Translations under genes and position numbers: made by a program | The notes under the pieces: model-generated | The model's input: only the letters and a program-made list of their open reading frames with translations | Told to the model about the DNA's origin: nothing | Databases searched by the model: none | Shown here: in pieces, positions 26,606 through 45,100 of the stretch | Position numbering within the stretch: the stretch's first letter is position 1 | Layout of the letters: every line of letters begins with the position of its first letter | Source of the DNA: the human T2T-CHM13v2.0 reference genome, Homo sapiens | Strand: one strand, 5' to 3' | NCBI RefSeq assembly: GCF_009914755.1 | Contig: NC_060926.1 | Length of the DNA: 64,000 nucleotides

Positions 26606-28066
26606 CACTTGGCTCATGAGCCCATTGGACAATGACAGGAATGGCTGGGGGAAAGCCACTCATTGACATCCACAGAACTGGTCATCCTGTTATTAAAATC
26701 CTCCTCTGCCTAGGTCACCATTTGGTGAGTGTCCATAAGGGACACAAATATCTTCACAATTTTCCATGTCTTACCTCAGAAGCCCCATCACCCTCTCTTT
26801 CACATCTCCTCCAGTACTTATCCCCCAGATGATAGGACCATGTCCAGCAATACCTCTTCTCTCTGGTGTTGATGGGTTAATGAGCAGATCTCACATAGGT
26901 AAAATTTCCAGATATCTAGAATTTAATCTTCTGTTAATTCTCCAATTATAACTAAAGTATTTCAGGTTGAAACTTTATTCAAGTGTAATTACTCACTTTA
27001 ACCTTCTTAAACAGAATGTATATTACCTTTCCAAAAATAACTGAAATTTAATAAGATTAAATTTCAAAAGAAATAATCATTTACATGTTTATTTCTGCAT
27101 TTTTCTAAGTCCTTGCCCCAAAGTGGACATAATTTTATACTGTGATAGCATAAAATAATTTTGCATTTGACATTTTTGATTTGGCATTAAACTATTGTTT
27201 ATGTTTCTTTCGCTACTGCTTAAGAAAATGTGGGTGGTTGTAATAAATAAACCTGAAATGTAGGCAATTTTTATTGCCTTAAAAACAATAGAATGTTATT
27301 TCTCACTCACACAATAGTCCAATGAGGATGTCCCTGGTGGGCAAAGACTCTTGTCTACCAAATGGGATGGGGACTCAGTTTCCTTCCCTCTTGTGACTCT
27401 GGCATTGCCTAGAGCCACATGATTACCTGTACTGAATCTGTAGAAAGAGAAATAAGCAGTGTAGAGATGATATGTCTGTTTTCTGATATCCTCAGCCTAG
27501 AAGAAACACACATTACTTCTGTTCTTATTCTCATACTAGTTTATCACCCATTGTCCAAATGCACCATGTGGCCACACCTAGATGCAAGGGTGGGTTGGAA
27601 AATGTAGCACCTGGCTGGGCAGTTGTTCCTCAGCATTGACTCTTTGCTATGGAAGGGCTTCCTAAGTTTTTGTGGACTGCTATCCCAGTCTCTCACCACT
27701 ATACAATCTTCATAATTTTCCCTTTAAATGGCTGAGAGAAAATTTTGAACAAAAGCTACAAACATTTTTCAGATTCTTGATTCTCCAGACTTATTACTTG
27801 AGGGCAGTGACTAAATTATATTCAGTTCTATATCAGAAGGTTCTTCCATATTGCCGGTTTCATGGTAGATACTCAATAAAATGAGTTGAATGACTACATA
27901 AATTTTAGCAAGAGCATATGAAAAATAATTTATCATGACTTTGGGTAATACTATAGGTGTAATTATTGTCCTTTCTCTTTCCTGACTTGATTAATAGCAC
28001 CACTATCCATTAAGTTATTAAAGGTAGAAAGCTGAGATTATTCTTGACTCCTTTTCTCACTGGTCC

Positions 28067-28895
28067 CGTATTAGTTATTTATTGCAGTGTAAGAAATTAC
28101 CATGAAACTTAGTGGCTTAGTTGGGGCTTGATGGGGGCTGGAGGATCCACTGCAAGATGGCTCAGTCACTTGGCTGGCAAGGTGGTGCTGGCTGTTAGCC
28201 TCCCATCTGACCCTCCTCTTTCCGCTCCTGCCACTCTTCAAGGTATTTTTTCCAGAGCAGCCATTCATCATTCATTTATTTTTTCCCATTAATTAATTCA
28301 ACAGATATTTATTGTATACTTACCGTATGCCAGATTTGTTTTAGGTTCTTGGAATATAGCAGTGAAAAAAAAAACAGTCCTTGGATCTTATATACAGTGG
28401 GGAAATAAACATATAATGTAGAAAATTAGATGGTAATATGTGTGAGCACATATATTTATTATTTCTCATCATTTCTGAGACAGGAGATGGGTATTCTGGC
28501 TTGGGGACTCACATGAGGTCACAGTTACATGTTGGTGTTGGTTTGGTCATATGAAGGCTTGGTGGGGGCTGGAGGATCCACTGTGAGATGGCTCAATCCC
28601 TTGGCTGGAAAGTTGGTGCTGGCTGTTGTTGGCAGGCCTTGCTTCCTCTTCACAGGGCTTCTTGAGTGTCTTCATGACATGGCGGCTGGCCTCTCCCAAA
28701 ATAAGCTGTCCAAGAGAGCAGGGCAGAAGTGTCCATGCCATTTATGGCCTCACCATGGAAGTCACACACAATCACTTCTGCAATATATACTGATTACCCA
28801 GATCTGCATCGTTCAGTGTGGGAGGGGACCACAAAAAGGCACAAATGCCAAAAGACAAGGACCATTGGGGCCATTTTGGAGGCTATTTACCACAG
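28067..28895 (-). mobile_element. MLT1-family LTR interrupted by a local insertion at about 28120-28445
   Basis: aaattaccatgaaacttagtggctta resumes as cacatatatttattatttctc; ggctggaggatccact and aagggagg-type motifs downstream. Confidence 0.7.
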
Positions 28896-30019
28896 CCCCT
28901 CTCTTCCATATTCCAGCCCACCTGCATATTCTGTTCATCCTCCTTCCAAAAATGTATCTCAAACCAAATGACTAATTTTCATTTCTGTTGGCTCTAGCCT
29001 AGTCCAAGACTCTATCAACACTTGACTTGAAGAGTCTCCCGTCTGATATTCCTCTTTCTGCTCTTGCCCCCCTTCAAGGTATTTCTCCCAGAGAAGCCAT
29101 TCATCATGCATTCATTATTCTCCATTCATTAATTCAACAAATATTTATTGTACGCTTACCACATGCCAGATTTATTTTAGGTTCTTGGGATATAGCAGTG
29201 AAAAGTCCTTGGGCTTTACATACAGTGGGAAAATAAATAATATGGAAAATGTTAAAGGCAACATATGTGATCCAGAAAATTATAGCAGGGTGAAGGAAAT
29301 AGGAAACAATAGAAAAGTTAGGGACTTCTGGCTATAGTATTATATAGGGCTGTCAAGGGTGCTATCTCTGATTAGCTTACATTGAAACAGAAACCCAAAA
29401 GACAGTAGAGGGCAGGTATGTTAATATCTGGGCAAGTATTCTAAGCAGAGGAAAAAGAAAATGCGAGGGCCCTGAGGCAGGATCATGTTTGGTATGTTTG
29501 AGGAATAGCTGTTCTGTTCCGTTGTGGCTGGAACAGAAGAAGGAGGGCAGGAGGGTGATGGAGAATGGTACATGATGGAGGTCAGATTATGTAGGGCCTT
29601 GTAGACTACAATGAAGACTTTGGCTTTGTTTTGGGTTGGTGGGGGACAAGGAAAGCTATTGGAATGTTTTAGTGACTTGATGTGACTTAATTTTTAATAG
29701 GAACATTTGGGCTGCTCAGCCCATGATGTTTAAAAATGCCATCAGGTCACTTCCACTGTTTAAAACCTTTCAATGGATTCTGGTTGTACTTAGAATAAAA
29801 TCTAAGCTCCCTTAGCTATTATTATTATATTATTATTAAAATTGACATCCTTTATTCTCTATTACAGCAGTCTAATTCCTTCCTAATATGTACCTCACTA
29901 GTAACTATTATTATTATTGCTTATTTGTTTATAATCTGTCTCCTCTACTTGAAAATATGTAGCCTGTGGATCTTGTGGATTTCCATACTAAATCATCCCA
30001 AGGCCACTTTGCTTTTGAG

Positions 30020-30022
<3 letters not shown>

Positions 30023-30068
<46 letters not shown>
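30023..30068. repeat. (TG)n microsatellite
   Basis: Direct read. Confidence 0.95.
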
Positions 30069-30072
<4 letters not shown>

Positions 30073-30185
30073 GATCTCTTCTGTAATTTTTTTTCCCCTG
30101 ATCTCGCTGATTGTTATATTTGGTCAGTGACTGACCTCTAGCAATGATGGTGCCAGGGCAACTTTGTTGTTGAACTGTATGTTAA

Positions 30186-30838
<653 letters not shown>

Positions 30839-31818
30839 GAGGTTCTGCATTTCTATCAAGCTTGCAGGTGATGCCCATGCTGCCAGCCCTTTGAGTAACA
30901 GGGGGGCTTTATTACCGAGCTTGGCTGAACATTGGAATCATCTGTGGAGCTTTAAAACTACTAATGCTGGGCTCTCAACCCCAGAGATTGCAATATCATC
31001 AGTCTAGAATGCAGTTTGAGTACTAGGATTTTGAAAAGCTTCATAAGTGATTCTATTTTGTAGAAATATTGAGAACTACTAGATTGGATGATATTGAATC
31101 CAATTTTAAAACAAGGTGTAGCAATAAATGTTCTTCAGCGCTGTGTTGCTGACTTTTTAGAAAGTCAGTTTTGTAGCTCTAGAAAGAATCTGGCTGCATC
31201 CATGGATGACCTCCAGATCTCTGCTTAGCATGACTGGGTAATTTCTCCAATGTCTCCAGCACATGCTGTCACTTAACAGCAGAAAGAGAATTCCTACTTT
31301 CAGGAGAAAAGTCATTCCTGAAGATTACAGTTAAAATATGCCTACAGATGATGAGGTTGTAGTAAATCAGTCCCCTTGCTCTCTGAGCTTGTTCTAAGTT
31401 ACAGGAAGCAGAAGAAGCAGAGAAGCACTCCATTTCTTTTTTCTTGTAATCTCTAGCATGTTCACATGCATAGTTTCTGAGTCAGTAGCAAACTAAGAAC
31501 TTCTTGTGTGATTCAAGCTAACCCCTCGATTATCAGAAGCAGATGTTTCAAACGACTGAAGATCAGTGAGGCATATCTTATTTACAGGTTAATAATTGGC
31601 TACTAGATGCAGGTGCACCAAATGGTCTTAGAGACATTAGATAGGAGAGACAATGTCAGTGCTCCCCCTACCCTGCCTCCCCTAATCTAAAGCCTACTCT
31701 GTTTCTTTTATCAAGTGATTGGCTGTATGTTAACAGAGCCTGGGGCACTTTCCTGTTGAAATGCCTTTAATCCCAAGCAACTGGATTGATTTTTTTTTTT
31801 TTTTTTTGGATGGTTTAG

Positions 31819-32037
<219 letters not shown>

Positions 32038-33049
32038 TAGTCTCACAGTGACCCTTTGATGATAGACAAGCAAGGTGCAGAGGACCTAGCTCAGAAAAAT
32101 TTAGTGAGGTGCCCAAAGTGATCCAACAAAGAAGTGGCATGATGGGCTCATGAACCCATTTGGGTGGTCTCTTGGTCCCCTGTACTCTTCAGCATAAACT
32201 ATTGAATAGTTGATGCTTATCTGATATGGAAGGACTCTGAATTTTAACATTAAAACATACCCTGAAGGTCGTTGTCTAAATGACAATGACCCTCATTTTA
32301 CACATCAACAAATCAAAGGCCTGAGAGGCTGAGTTACTGCTGAAGGCCACAGGGTTGATCAGGGTCAGATTAATGATTTTTAGCCCAAATCCTGGGCTCT
32401 CTTTTTCCTACAGTGTTGACTTTCTCTCAAAATCATAGAATTGTTTCACTTTTTCTTATATTCACAGCAATTTATAGTTTGAGGGTCCTTAGTGGAGGGG
32501 GTGGGATATATGTATGGAGTAAATTTCTTTTAAAAATTGAACACACAAAAAAATAGGGAGAATAAGAAATAGATAACATGTACCCATTATCTTGTTTTTC
32601 TATTTTGCTTATCTTTTTTTTTCTGAAGAATTTTAAAGCAAATTATAGCACAAGAACATTTCACACCCAAATATTTTTGTATGCATCTCTTAAAAAGAAA
32701 GACACATTGCTGCATGACCGTGCTAACATACCTAACAATAATAACATTAATTCTCCAATATCACCTGAAAACTAATCTATAGTCAAATTTTTCAATAATC
32801 CCCAAAATATTATTATTTATAGCTGTTTTATTCAAATCAGGATACATCTAAGGATGCCATGCATTTGCTTGGCAAGTCTCTTAAATCTCTTTTAATCTAG
32901 AATGCTGAGTTTGCATGAATGTGGGTAGGAGCCAAATTTTAACCAGCAACAGTTACCATTATAAATTATTCCTCATCCCAGGCAAAGCAGTGCATTCTGA
33001 AGGGAAAACTTATTATCTATCCCTCCTTGTAGACGTTTTACACGTTATC

Positions 33050-34473
33050 CAAACAAGAAAGTGTATTCATGTTGAATATTTAAAAAACAATATTGTAACC
33101 ACAAAGCAGAAAACTAAACCACCAAACCACAAAGGTAGACAACAATAGAGGAAGAAGAGAACAAATTATCTACAAAGTAACCAGAAAACAATTAGCAAAA
33201 TGGCAGGAGTAAGTCTTTTACTATCAATAATAACCTTGCTGGTACATGGGTTAAACTGTCCAATCAAAAGATGTAGAATGGCTGAGTGGATCAACAACAA
33301 GATCCAACTAGATGCTGCCTACAAGAGACCCATTTTTAAACTTTAAGAATAGGCATATACTGAAAGTAAAGGGATAGAAGGAGATATTCCATGAAAACAG
33401 ACAGTTACCAAAAGAGAGCAGGGATGCCTATACTTATATCAGATAAAACAGACTTCCAGTAAAAAGCTGTTCCAAGAGACAAAGAAGGTCATGATTTAAT
33501 GATAAAGAGGTCATCTTATCAAGAGGACATAACAATTGTAAACATATATGCATCCAAAATTGAAGCACTTAAATATGTAAAGCAAATATTAGTGGACATG
33601 AAGGAAGAAATATACAGCAATATAACACTAATAGGGGACTTCAGTACTCCACTTGCAACAATGGAGAGATCAACCAGACAAAAAATTAACAAGACAACAC
33701 TAAATTTGAACTATACTTCAGACCAAATGGACCTACCAGACCTACATTCATCCAACAACAGCAGAATATACATTCTTCTCTAGCATACATAGAACATTCT
33801 CCAGGATAGACCATATGTTAGGCCACAAAATAAACCTTAACAAATTCAAAAAGATTGAAGTCACGTCTAGTATTGTTTCCAACCACAATGGTGTGAAGCT
33901 AAAAATCAATAACGGGAGGAATCTTGGAAAATTTACAAATATGTGGAAACTAAACAACATGCTTATGATGAACTAATGGGTCAAAGAAGAAATCAAGAGG
34001 GAAACTAAAAAATATTTTGAGATTAATGACAATGGAAACACAATGTATCAAAACCTACAGTATGCGGCAAAGTCAGTTCTAAGAGAGAAGTTTATAGCAA
34101 TAAATGCCTAGATTAAAAAAGGAAAAAGATCTAAATAAGTAGACTAACACTATGCCCCAAGGAGCTAAAGAAAGAACAAACTAAACCCAAAGTGAGCAAA
34201 AGGAAGGAAATAATGAAGATCAGAACAGAAGCAAATAAAATGTAGTATAGAAAAACTATAGAAAATATAAATAAAATCAAAAGTTGGTTCTTTGAAAAAA
34301 TAAAATCTACAAACTCCTAGCTAGATTCACTAAAAAAAGCAGACTCAAATAAATAAAATCAGAAATGAAAGTGGAGACATTGCAATAGATACCTCAGAAA
34401 TAAAAATGGTCATAAGGGATTATTATGAACAATTTTATGCCAACAAATTGGAGGACCTAGAAGAAATGGATAA
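33050..34473 (+). mobile_element. Old LINE-1 fragment, ORF2 endonuclease region, abruptly truncated
   Basis: ORF 33499-33783 reads QEDITIVNIYA...IGDFSTPL...RQKINK; many stops; ends at gaagaaatggataa. Confidence 0.9.
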
Positions 34474-34829
34474 CTTTGCTGCTACTCAGATACATTTTAT
34501 TTCAAAAACATACACTAAGGTGTTGCTGTTGGATCTTTCCAAAAACATATTCACACAGAACTTTCAGTCACACTGAGCCATATTTGAACAATCTTTCAAG
34601 GTCAGCTCTGGCATAAGCTAACATTATACCATTTAACTCAGAAATTTCTGTAGTATTTGATTAATGGGTTTATGTTTGATATGTAATGTAATTTTCTAAT
34701 GCTAAATCAAGTGGTAATTTTGTTGGTCAAGTTGATTTAGTGGCTTGGGAAGAAAGCTTTTAATGTTCCCCTAATTTTTCTTACCTTTGACATGATCCTT
34801 CACATGTCTTATTTTGCTTAGTGATTTTT

Positions 34830-35125
34830 CTTTTTTTTTTTTTTTTTGAGACAGGGTCTTACTCTACCACCCAGGCTTGAGTGCAGTGGTGCGATCACAG
34901 CTCATTGCAGCCTTGACCTCCCAGACTCAAGCTATTCTTCCACCTCAGCCTCCCAAGTAGCTGGTACTACGGGCACATGCCACCAAACTTGGCTAATTTT
35001 TGTATTTTTTGTAGAGACAGAGTTTTGCCAAATTCTCAGGCTGGTCTGGAATTTCTGGGCTCAAGTAATCCTGCCTTGGCCTCCCAACATGCTGATATTA
35101 CAGACATAAGCCACAGTACCTGGCC
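34830..35125 (-). mobile_element. AluJ-like SINE
   Basis: Reverse Alu with T tract. Confidence 0.9.
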
Positions 35126-36262
35126 AGTTTTCTTTTTTAAAAAATCTATTGGTTATTAATTTGAAGCCTTCCTTTTCATAACTGTGCTCCTTAATTGGGA
35201 GCAAACATGAATGGACCACAACTTAGCCAATTTTCTATATACGATCTTTGCCATCCTAATTTAAAGGAATATTAATTCTTTCTTTTCCTCTTTCATTCCA
35301 CAAACCTGTATTGACTACATCTAAGTTCTAAATGGTGCACTGGATGTTGAAAAAGTTGATGATGAGCAAGAACAAAATTCCTCCTTTCAGGAGACTTACA
35401 GTTCAATATGGGAAATGTAATTTGTTAAAATATAAAAGTGCAATTGTGTTACATGCTGTACGAAGTACATGTTGACATGTGAGTATATAATAAATGGGCT
35501 GGAGGCCAGAGGATTGCCAAAGAGAATGGGCCTCCTGCTGAGATGAGATGAGACTCTCTCTCTCCACTCCAGAAAGATAGGCAATCACAGGCAGTGGTGC
35601 CCCTCTGATATTTATGTGGGATCTCCAAGGTGATGGAGGAGAGAGGCCTTTAGTTTGTATCAAAACCAGAAGAACTGTTTATCTTCTATCAGGTGACAAC
35701 CCTTCATTCCTTTACTTAACACATTGATTAGCATCTGCTATGTGGCCATGTGCTAGGCAGGGCCACTTTCTGAGTCCTGCGAAGTCAGTTGCATAGTGTC
35801 CTGCACTTGAAAGTGCCCCGCATTCGGTTTAACACTCTGCTGTCACATTAATAACGATATCTTTACACTTCTGTTTCGTCAGCGAAGTCCTGTAGGACAA
35901 GGGGGCATGCACAGGAGCAGAGGAGCCACACGTGATGTGTGTGGCTGCCGTTCCCTGCCGCCCCATTCACATAATCTTCTCCATGCCCCTGGGGAGCCAT
36001 GCTGTGGGATGTGCAGGAAACTCAGCATGCTGTGAGTAGAGGCAGGGTTGTTAGTCAGTGACTGAGTGAGCGGGGCACTAACCATCTGGAGAGGCCTCAC
36101 TTTCCACTGAAACCAGAATGCGCTTGTACACAGAAAGAAGGCAATGACATTTGAAGAGACACAAATGACTGAGGAGCCCTGTTGTATCCTCTCTAATTGG
36201 AGTTACTTCCCTGTGCTAACCGACCCCTGTGTTGAGATGACATGAAAGGAAAGGGCAGGACA

Positions 36263-36343
36263 CTATGGCCACAGTGCCCTGAGGGTGCCCAATCTCGTCT
36301 CAGAAGCTAAGCAGGGCCTGGCCTCATTAGTACTTGTATGGAA
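36263..36343 (+). pseudogene. 3'-truncated 5S rRNA retropseudogene
   Basis: ctatggcc...gcccaatctcgtct...gaagctaagcaggg...ttagtacttgtatgg aligns to the 5' part of 5S rRNA; flanked by aaggaaaggg repeats. Confidence 0.85.
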
Positions 36344-36621
36344 CAAGGAAAGGGGAAGAGAGAGCAGCCTATAGCTCCTGTCCTTTCAGTCCTTCCTTAG
36401 TGTCCATGATCCCAAGGTAGAGAGTGTTGCTGGAGTGTGTGGGTGTCAGGAAGTGAGATAGAAAGAGCTGAGCTAGTTTTGTGCAGCGTATCTACTGGTT
36501 TAGCAAGAATGAAATACATACACATGGATGAGCTATGGAATGTGAATTGTGTAATTGTGTTGATTCTACATATGAGGTCAATGCTAATATTTTCATTTAT
36601 ACCTTGCGTCCTACAATATAA

Positions 36622-36967
<346 letters not shown>

Positions 36968-37601
36968 TTAAATTTGTATTTTAACTTAGCATGACATTAG
37001 ATAGCAAATAAAAATACCATGACAAGTCAAGTGAGAGAGAACACAGAAGAAAGGAAAACGCCGTATCTTTGAGCCCCTTCAATGACGCTTCTTCCTGCTC
37101 TTTGAACAGAAGCGCTGCGTTTTCATTTTGCCCTGGGCCTCATGTTACGTAGCTGGTCCTGGTGTTAGGTACCCGGACGCACCACAAACGAAACAGATTC
37201 GTTCCCCGCAGAGCTTATTAGTCTAGTGAGAGAAACATAATTTGAATAGTCCCAGAAATACATCATTATAAGATAAGTCTATGAAAGAAGCGTAGAGCAT
37301 TCCTAATCTTGTCTCTGAACAGGGCAGACTTCTTGGAGGAAGTGAAATTTGAACTGCGATGTGAAGAATGAGCAGGAGTTAGTGAGGTGAAGAAGAGAGA
37401 AGGAGTGTTGCAAACACAGGTCAGTCTGTGCAAAGGCCCTGAGACACAAGGAGCCTAGAACCACGGCTCGAAGACAACCATCTGGCTGGGGCATGGCTCG
37501 TCTTACAGATCACATTAAGGAACAAATAATTATGTTAAGAGTTATGGGCTGCCATTAAGGATTTGGATAAGAGAGTCTTACAATCACATCTGTGTTTTCT
37601 A

Positions 37602-38376
<775 letters not shown>

Positions 38377-38384
38377 CTAGTAAA

Positions 38385-39195
38385 AATTGCAGACACACAA
38401 AAGGCTTGAACAGGCACTTCACAAAATAGATTATCCAAATGACCAATAAATACATAAGTACTCAACATCATTAGCCATTAGAAAAATGCAAGTTAAAACC
38501 ACAATGAGATACCATTTCACACTAGAATGAATAAAATATTAAAAGACTGACAATGCTAAATATTCCCAGGATGCAGAACAACCAAAACCCTCATATATTA
38601 TGGGGGACATGGAAAATTGTACAACTCCTTTGGAAAACAGGTAGTTTCTACAGAATTTCAATATATACATACCATACAACTCAGCCATTGCATTCCTATT
38701 TACCCAACAGATATAAAATCATTTGTCTACTGAAAAATTTGCAAAATAATGTTCATTGCGGCTGTAGCCATTATAACCCTCAAACGGAAACAACCCAATG
38801 TGCATGGATTGTGAATAGATGACAAATGGTGGTCCATCTATACAATGGAATATTGCTCTTCAACAGAAACAAACTACAGGTCCATGTAACAACATGATGA
38901 TTGAAAGAAGTCAGATGTAAAAAAGTACATATGTATGATGCAATTTATACGAAACTCTAGGCAAAACTAATCCTTAGTGATGAAATCAGATCTGAGGTTG
39001 CCTGGGGCAGAGATGGGGGTAGCTGACTGCAAGGAGGTGTGGGGAGGGTTGTGAATTTTGGGGAGTGATGGAGCTGCTCTGTATCTCAATTGTGATGTGG
39101 TTACACAACTGTATGCATTTGTCAAAACTCACAGAACTACACTCTAAAACATATAAATTTTACTGCATGTAAATCTTACCTTAATTAAAAATTAA
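38385..39195 (+). mobile_element. L1M 3' region
   Basis: atgcaagttaaaaccacaatgagatacca...catttgtcaaaactcacagaact. Confidence 0.8.
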
Positions 39196-39949
39196 AAAAA
39201 TTGAAGATGTGGATTTAGGTAAGATTCACGAAGGGATAAAGATAGAGTTGAGTTACAAGAGAATTGTTATCTCCATCTTGCATGGGAGAAAAATGAAGCT
39301 CAGAGAAGTGAAGTGGCTTCCCAAGATCACACAGCTACTAAGTAGCACAGCTGGGGCTCAAAACCAGAGCCATGTGATCAGATGGCCCATATTCTTTTTG
39401 TTCCCTCCCATCAACCAAGCCCAGGCCCATGGCTGAGCATGATGGCCAAGCAGGGAGGAGGGTCAGCTCCTCTTCAAGGAAGAAAACAGCATGCTGTTCT
39501 TTATATATGTAAATGATGTTCTGTTCCTCACCCATCACCAATCACACAGGTACTTAGGTTGCAAGGTGTGGGGACTGCCATGGTGATGATGGCTCTCCCC
39601 ACCAGTCCTCAATGGGAATATCAGCAAGACGCCAGTCCACAGTAAGGGATTCTGTCTGGGCCCTCCAGACACCCAGAGGGCCACGATGAGATCCACTCCA
39701 GAGGAGTAATTGTACCCTGCCCCAAACTACCAGGGATCTTGACACTGACATAGCTCTTTATACTTTCCAACTCCAGAAGTATTAACTGGGAACAACTACA
39801 TTTTCCAGCCCTGAGCTTGTGGACCAGCTCCAGATCTTGTGATCTGATCTCTCCCTATGACTGTTACAACTGCCTCAAGATGGCTTACTCTGCCTCCCGT
39901 CCCATCCCACTCCTAATCACTCCCCACACTGCTACAAGAGGGGCTTCCT

Positions 39950-40240
39950 TATACCTTATACAAAAGTTAACTCAGATAGATGAAATACTTAAATGTAAAA
40001 CCCCAAACTATAAAAATCCTAGAAGAAAATCTAGGCAATACCATTCAGAACATAGGCATGGGCAAAGATTTTATGATGAAATTGCCAAAAGCAATTTCAA
40101 CAAAAGCTAAAATTGACAAATGGGACATAATTACACTAGGTTGATAGGTGCAGCAAACCACCTTGGCACACATTTACCTATGTAACAAGCCTGCACATTC
40201 TGCACATGTATCCTAGAGCTTAAAATAAAATAAAATAAAC
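39950..40240 (+). mobile_element. L1PA fragment, ORF2 piece joined to the extreme 3' end
   Basis: cctagaagaaaatctaggcaataccattcag...aaaattgacaaatggga then gttgataggtgcagcaaaccacc...ttaaaataaaataaa. Confidence 0.8.
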
Positions 40241-41230
40241 CCAAGGAGGTAAAGACAAGAGGGAGAGAGGGGAAACAGAAACAAGGAAGGACAGTGCCAG
40301 AAGAGGAAGTCAGGCAGAAGAGGGAAGGAAGGGAGAGGAGGAGTGTACAGGAGAGCTGGACAGAGGAAGGCCTGGCGGGGCCACTCTGGTTCTCCGGCTC
40401 TTCTTTGCCTGGCCAACGCCCAGAGAACCCTGCTCCCCTGGGAGCCGGGACCACATCTGCCCTTCTGTGTGTCAGCCAGGGGCATCTGGCATCCGGCAAG
40501 TGGCAGCTCCCTCATCATCCTGTCTGATCCAAATTCAACCCACATTCAGCCAGGTGACCATGGTGGCTCCCCCCCAGGGTGGAGGTCTGTCCTGAGGCTG
40601 TCTGCACTTCCCAATGGAGCTGGCTTCGAACCCACTGCTCTTGCCTCTCTTTCCATTCCCTAGAAGGCTGGCTGCCCCTGGAGATGTTTCTGCACCAAGC
40701 CACTTTCTCCAGCTGGGGACTAGCATCAGGAGAACTCCTTTCTGTCTCCTAGGTCTGGAATGAAATGACGAGAGTGACCTTGCTCAAGTTGGACCACTCT
40801 GTATCCAGCCATCCTCATGTATAAAGAGGAGGAAAGGAGAGGCACTTCTGTTACTACCGACCAGTTACTAGGTGTGACATTGTGCAGGTCACTGCACACA
40901 CTTAAAGCAACCAGATGTATATCCATAGTCATCGGTGTTTTATAGAACATAAGAATAGACTCACAGTCCATTCCCCTCCTGCAAGACTACATATTCTATC
41001 GTAAAGGATGTGTCAAGGAAGAGCGTGTTGGAGTTCTGACTCTGGAGGTCCGCCAGCCAGAAAATGGCCTCCAGCCTCCCAGTCTCTTCCTGCTCATCAG
41101 CATAACCATCCTCCATCCATGAATCCCCACTGCTCACTCATTTTCTCTGCTAGTACTTAGTGAGCACCTCCTATGACCCGGGGATACAGCAGTAAATAAA
41201 ACAGGCAAACACATTGGAGAGAAAGAAAGC

Positions 41231-41634
<404 letters not shown>

Positions 41635-41829
41635 TCAAACATATACATGCAGGAAGGGCTCTCTAGGAGGAGAAAGCAGTGAGAGCAAAGGCTGGGAGCC
41701 AATGCAGGCCTGGTGGCTTCAAAGAACAGCAGAGGGCCAGCGTGGCTACGGCAGAGGGAGTCAGGGCAGTGTGCTAGGAAGTGAAGGCAGGGAGATGCAG
41801 GAGGTGTGGATTGTTGGGGCATCACAGGC

Positions 41830-43880
<2,051 letters not shown>

Positions 43881-44704
43881 ACCTTAGAGTCTGTCTGTCA
43901 CCACCTGGGCCATTTCTAAGGGACCAGAGCTTTCCTCTGAGATGAGGCTTTGAGCTGAGGAGCCACATGATCTGACATGGTTAAGGATGCCTCTGGCTTC
44001 CCTGTTGAGAATAGACTGAAGGGGCAAAAATGGAAGCAGAAGAGCAGTTAGGAGGCTCCTGTCAAACCCACGTGGAAGGCAGGCTCTGGGCTGTGTCACT
44101 GGACTAACACTAACACCGTCCCCTTGCACTTCTGAGGGTCCCTGGAACTTCCCTAGGGGATGAGACTCCTGGCTAGCAGGACTCAGCCCCTCCCCTTCAA
44201 CTTTACTCAGGACCTGGTCTCCCCTCCTTAAGGTCTCTGGAGCCCAACGCACACTTCAGCCCACTCTCACAGGCATTCTCTCTGTCCACAAAATATCACC
44301 GAAGAGTCTTCTGTGAGTGCAGCATGGTGTGAACACTGGGAGTACAAGGAGAAATAAGACACAGTTGCTGTGCTGGAGAAGCTTGTGCCCAGTGGTGGTG
44401 ATACTGCCGGAGGTGAGACCACTATGCCAGCACAGGAACAAAGACGGCAGGGGCACAGGGCAATTCAGGGGTGCAGATCTGGGGGCATCCAAGAGGCTCC
44501 TAAGCCTCAGTATATAAACTGACAGGTCACAGCCTGCTCTAGGAAACACCTTCTTAAGGGTTGGAGTTATCTTTGTGCATCCCATCCCCACCCCACCAAG
44601 CCGCCCTTGGCCCTGCCCTCAGGAGCTTCTGCTTGGCCTTGCTAATTCCTCTCTTCTCCCTGAAGCTAGAGTGAGGTCCCTCTTGGCAGCCTTTGTATCT
44701 AGAG

Positions 44705-45100
44705 AGAGCCGTCCAATAGAAACATAAGGTGAGCAACATGCTTAATTTTAAAATTTCTAGTAGCTACATTAAACATTTTTAAGTGAAATTAACTTTAATA
44801 ATACATTTACTTAACCCAATATATCCAAAAGATTATCATTTCAACATGCAATCCTATTTTAAAAATAACTAGTGAGGTACCTGACAAAAAAAAATCCCTT
44901 TTCATACTAAGTCCAGAAGATCTTTGTGTATTTTATACTCATAGGACATCTGAGTTTGGATGTTACCTTTTTATTGGAAATATGGGATCTGTACTTAGAT
45001 TTCACTGAATTTACATTGAAAAGGTAGGTTCACATACCCAAGTTGTCTCACACGTACCTAAATGTTTTCTGGTAACTGGATGGAGTATCAGTTTTTATAT
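44705..45100. mobile_element. hAT-Charlie (Charlie5/MER33-like) fragment
   Basis: gtccaatagaaacataa...ttaacccaatatatccaaaagattatcatttcaacatg. Confidence 0.6.

Noticed and set aside
33499-33783. Endonuclease-like ORF
   Set aside because: Decayed L1 ORF2 fragment bounded by stops
36263-36343. Functional 5S rRNA gene
   Set aside because: 3'-truncated, internal deletion, CpG decay, no T-run terminator
40620-40640. ggcttcgaaccc resembling a tRNA B box
   Set aside because: No A box or cloverleaf around it
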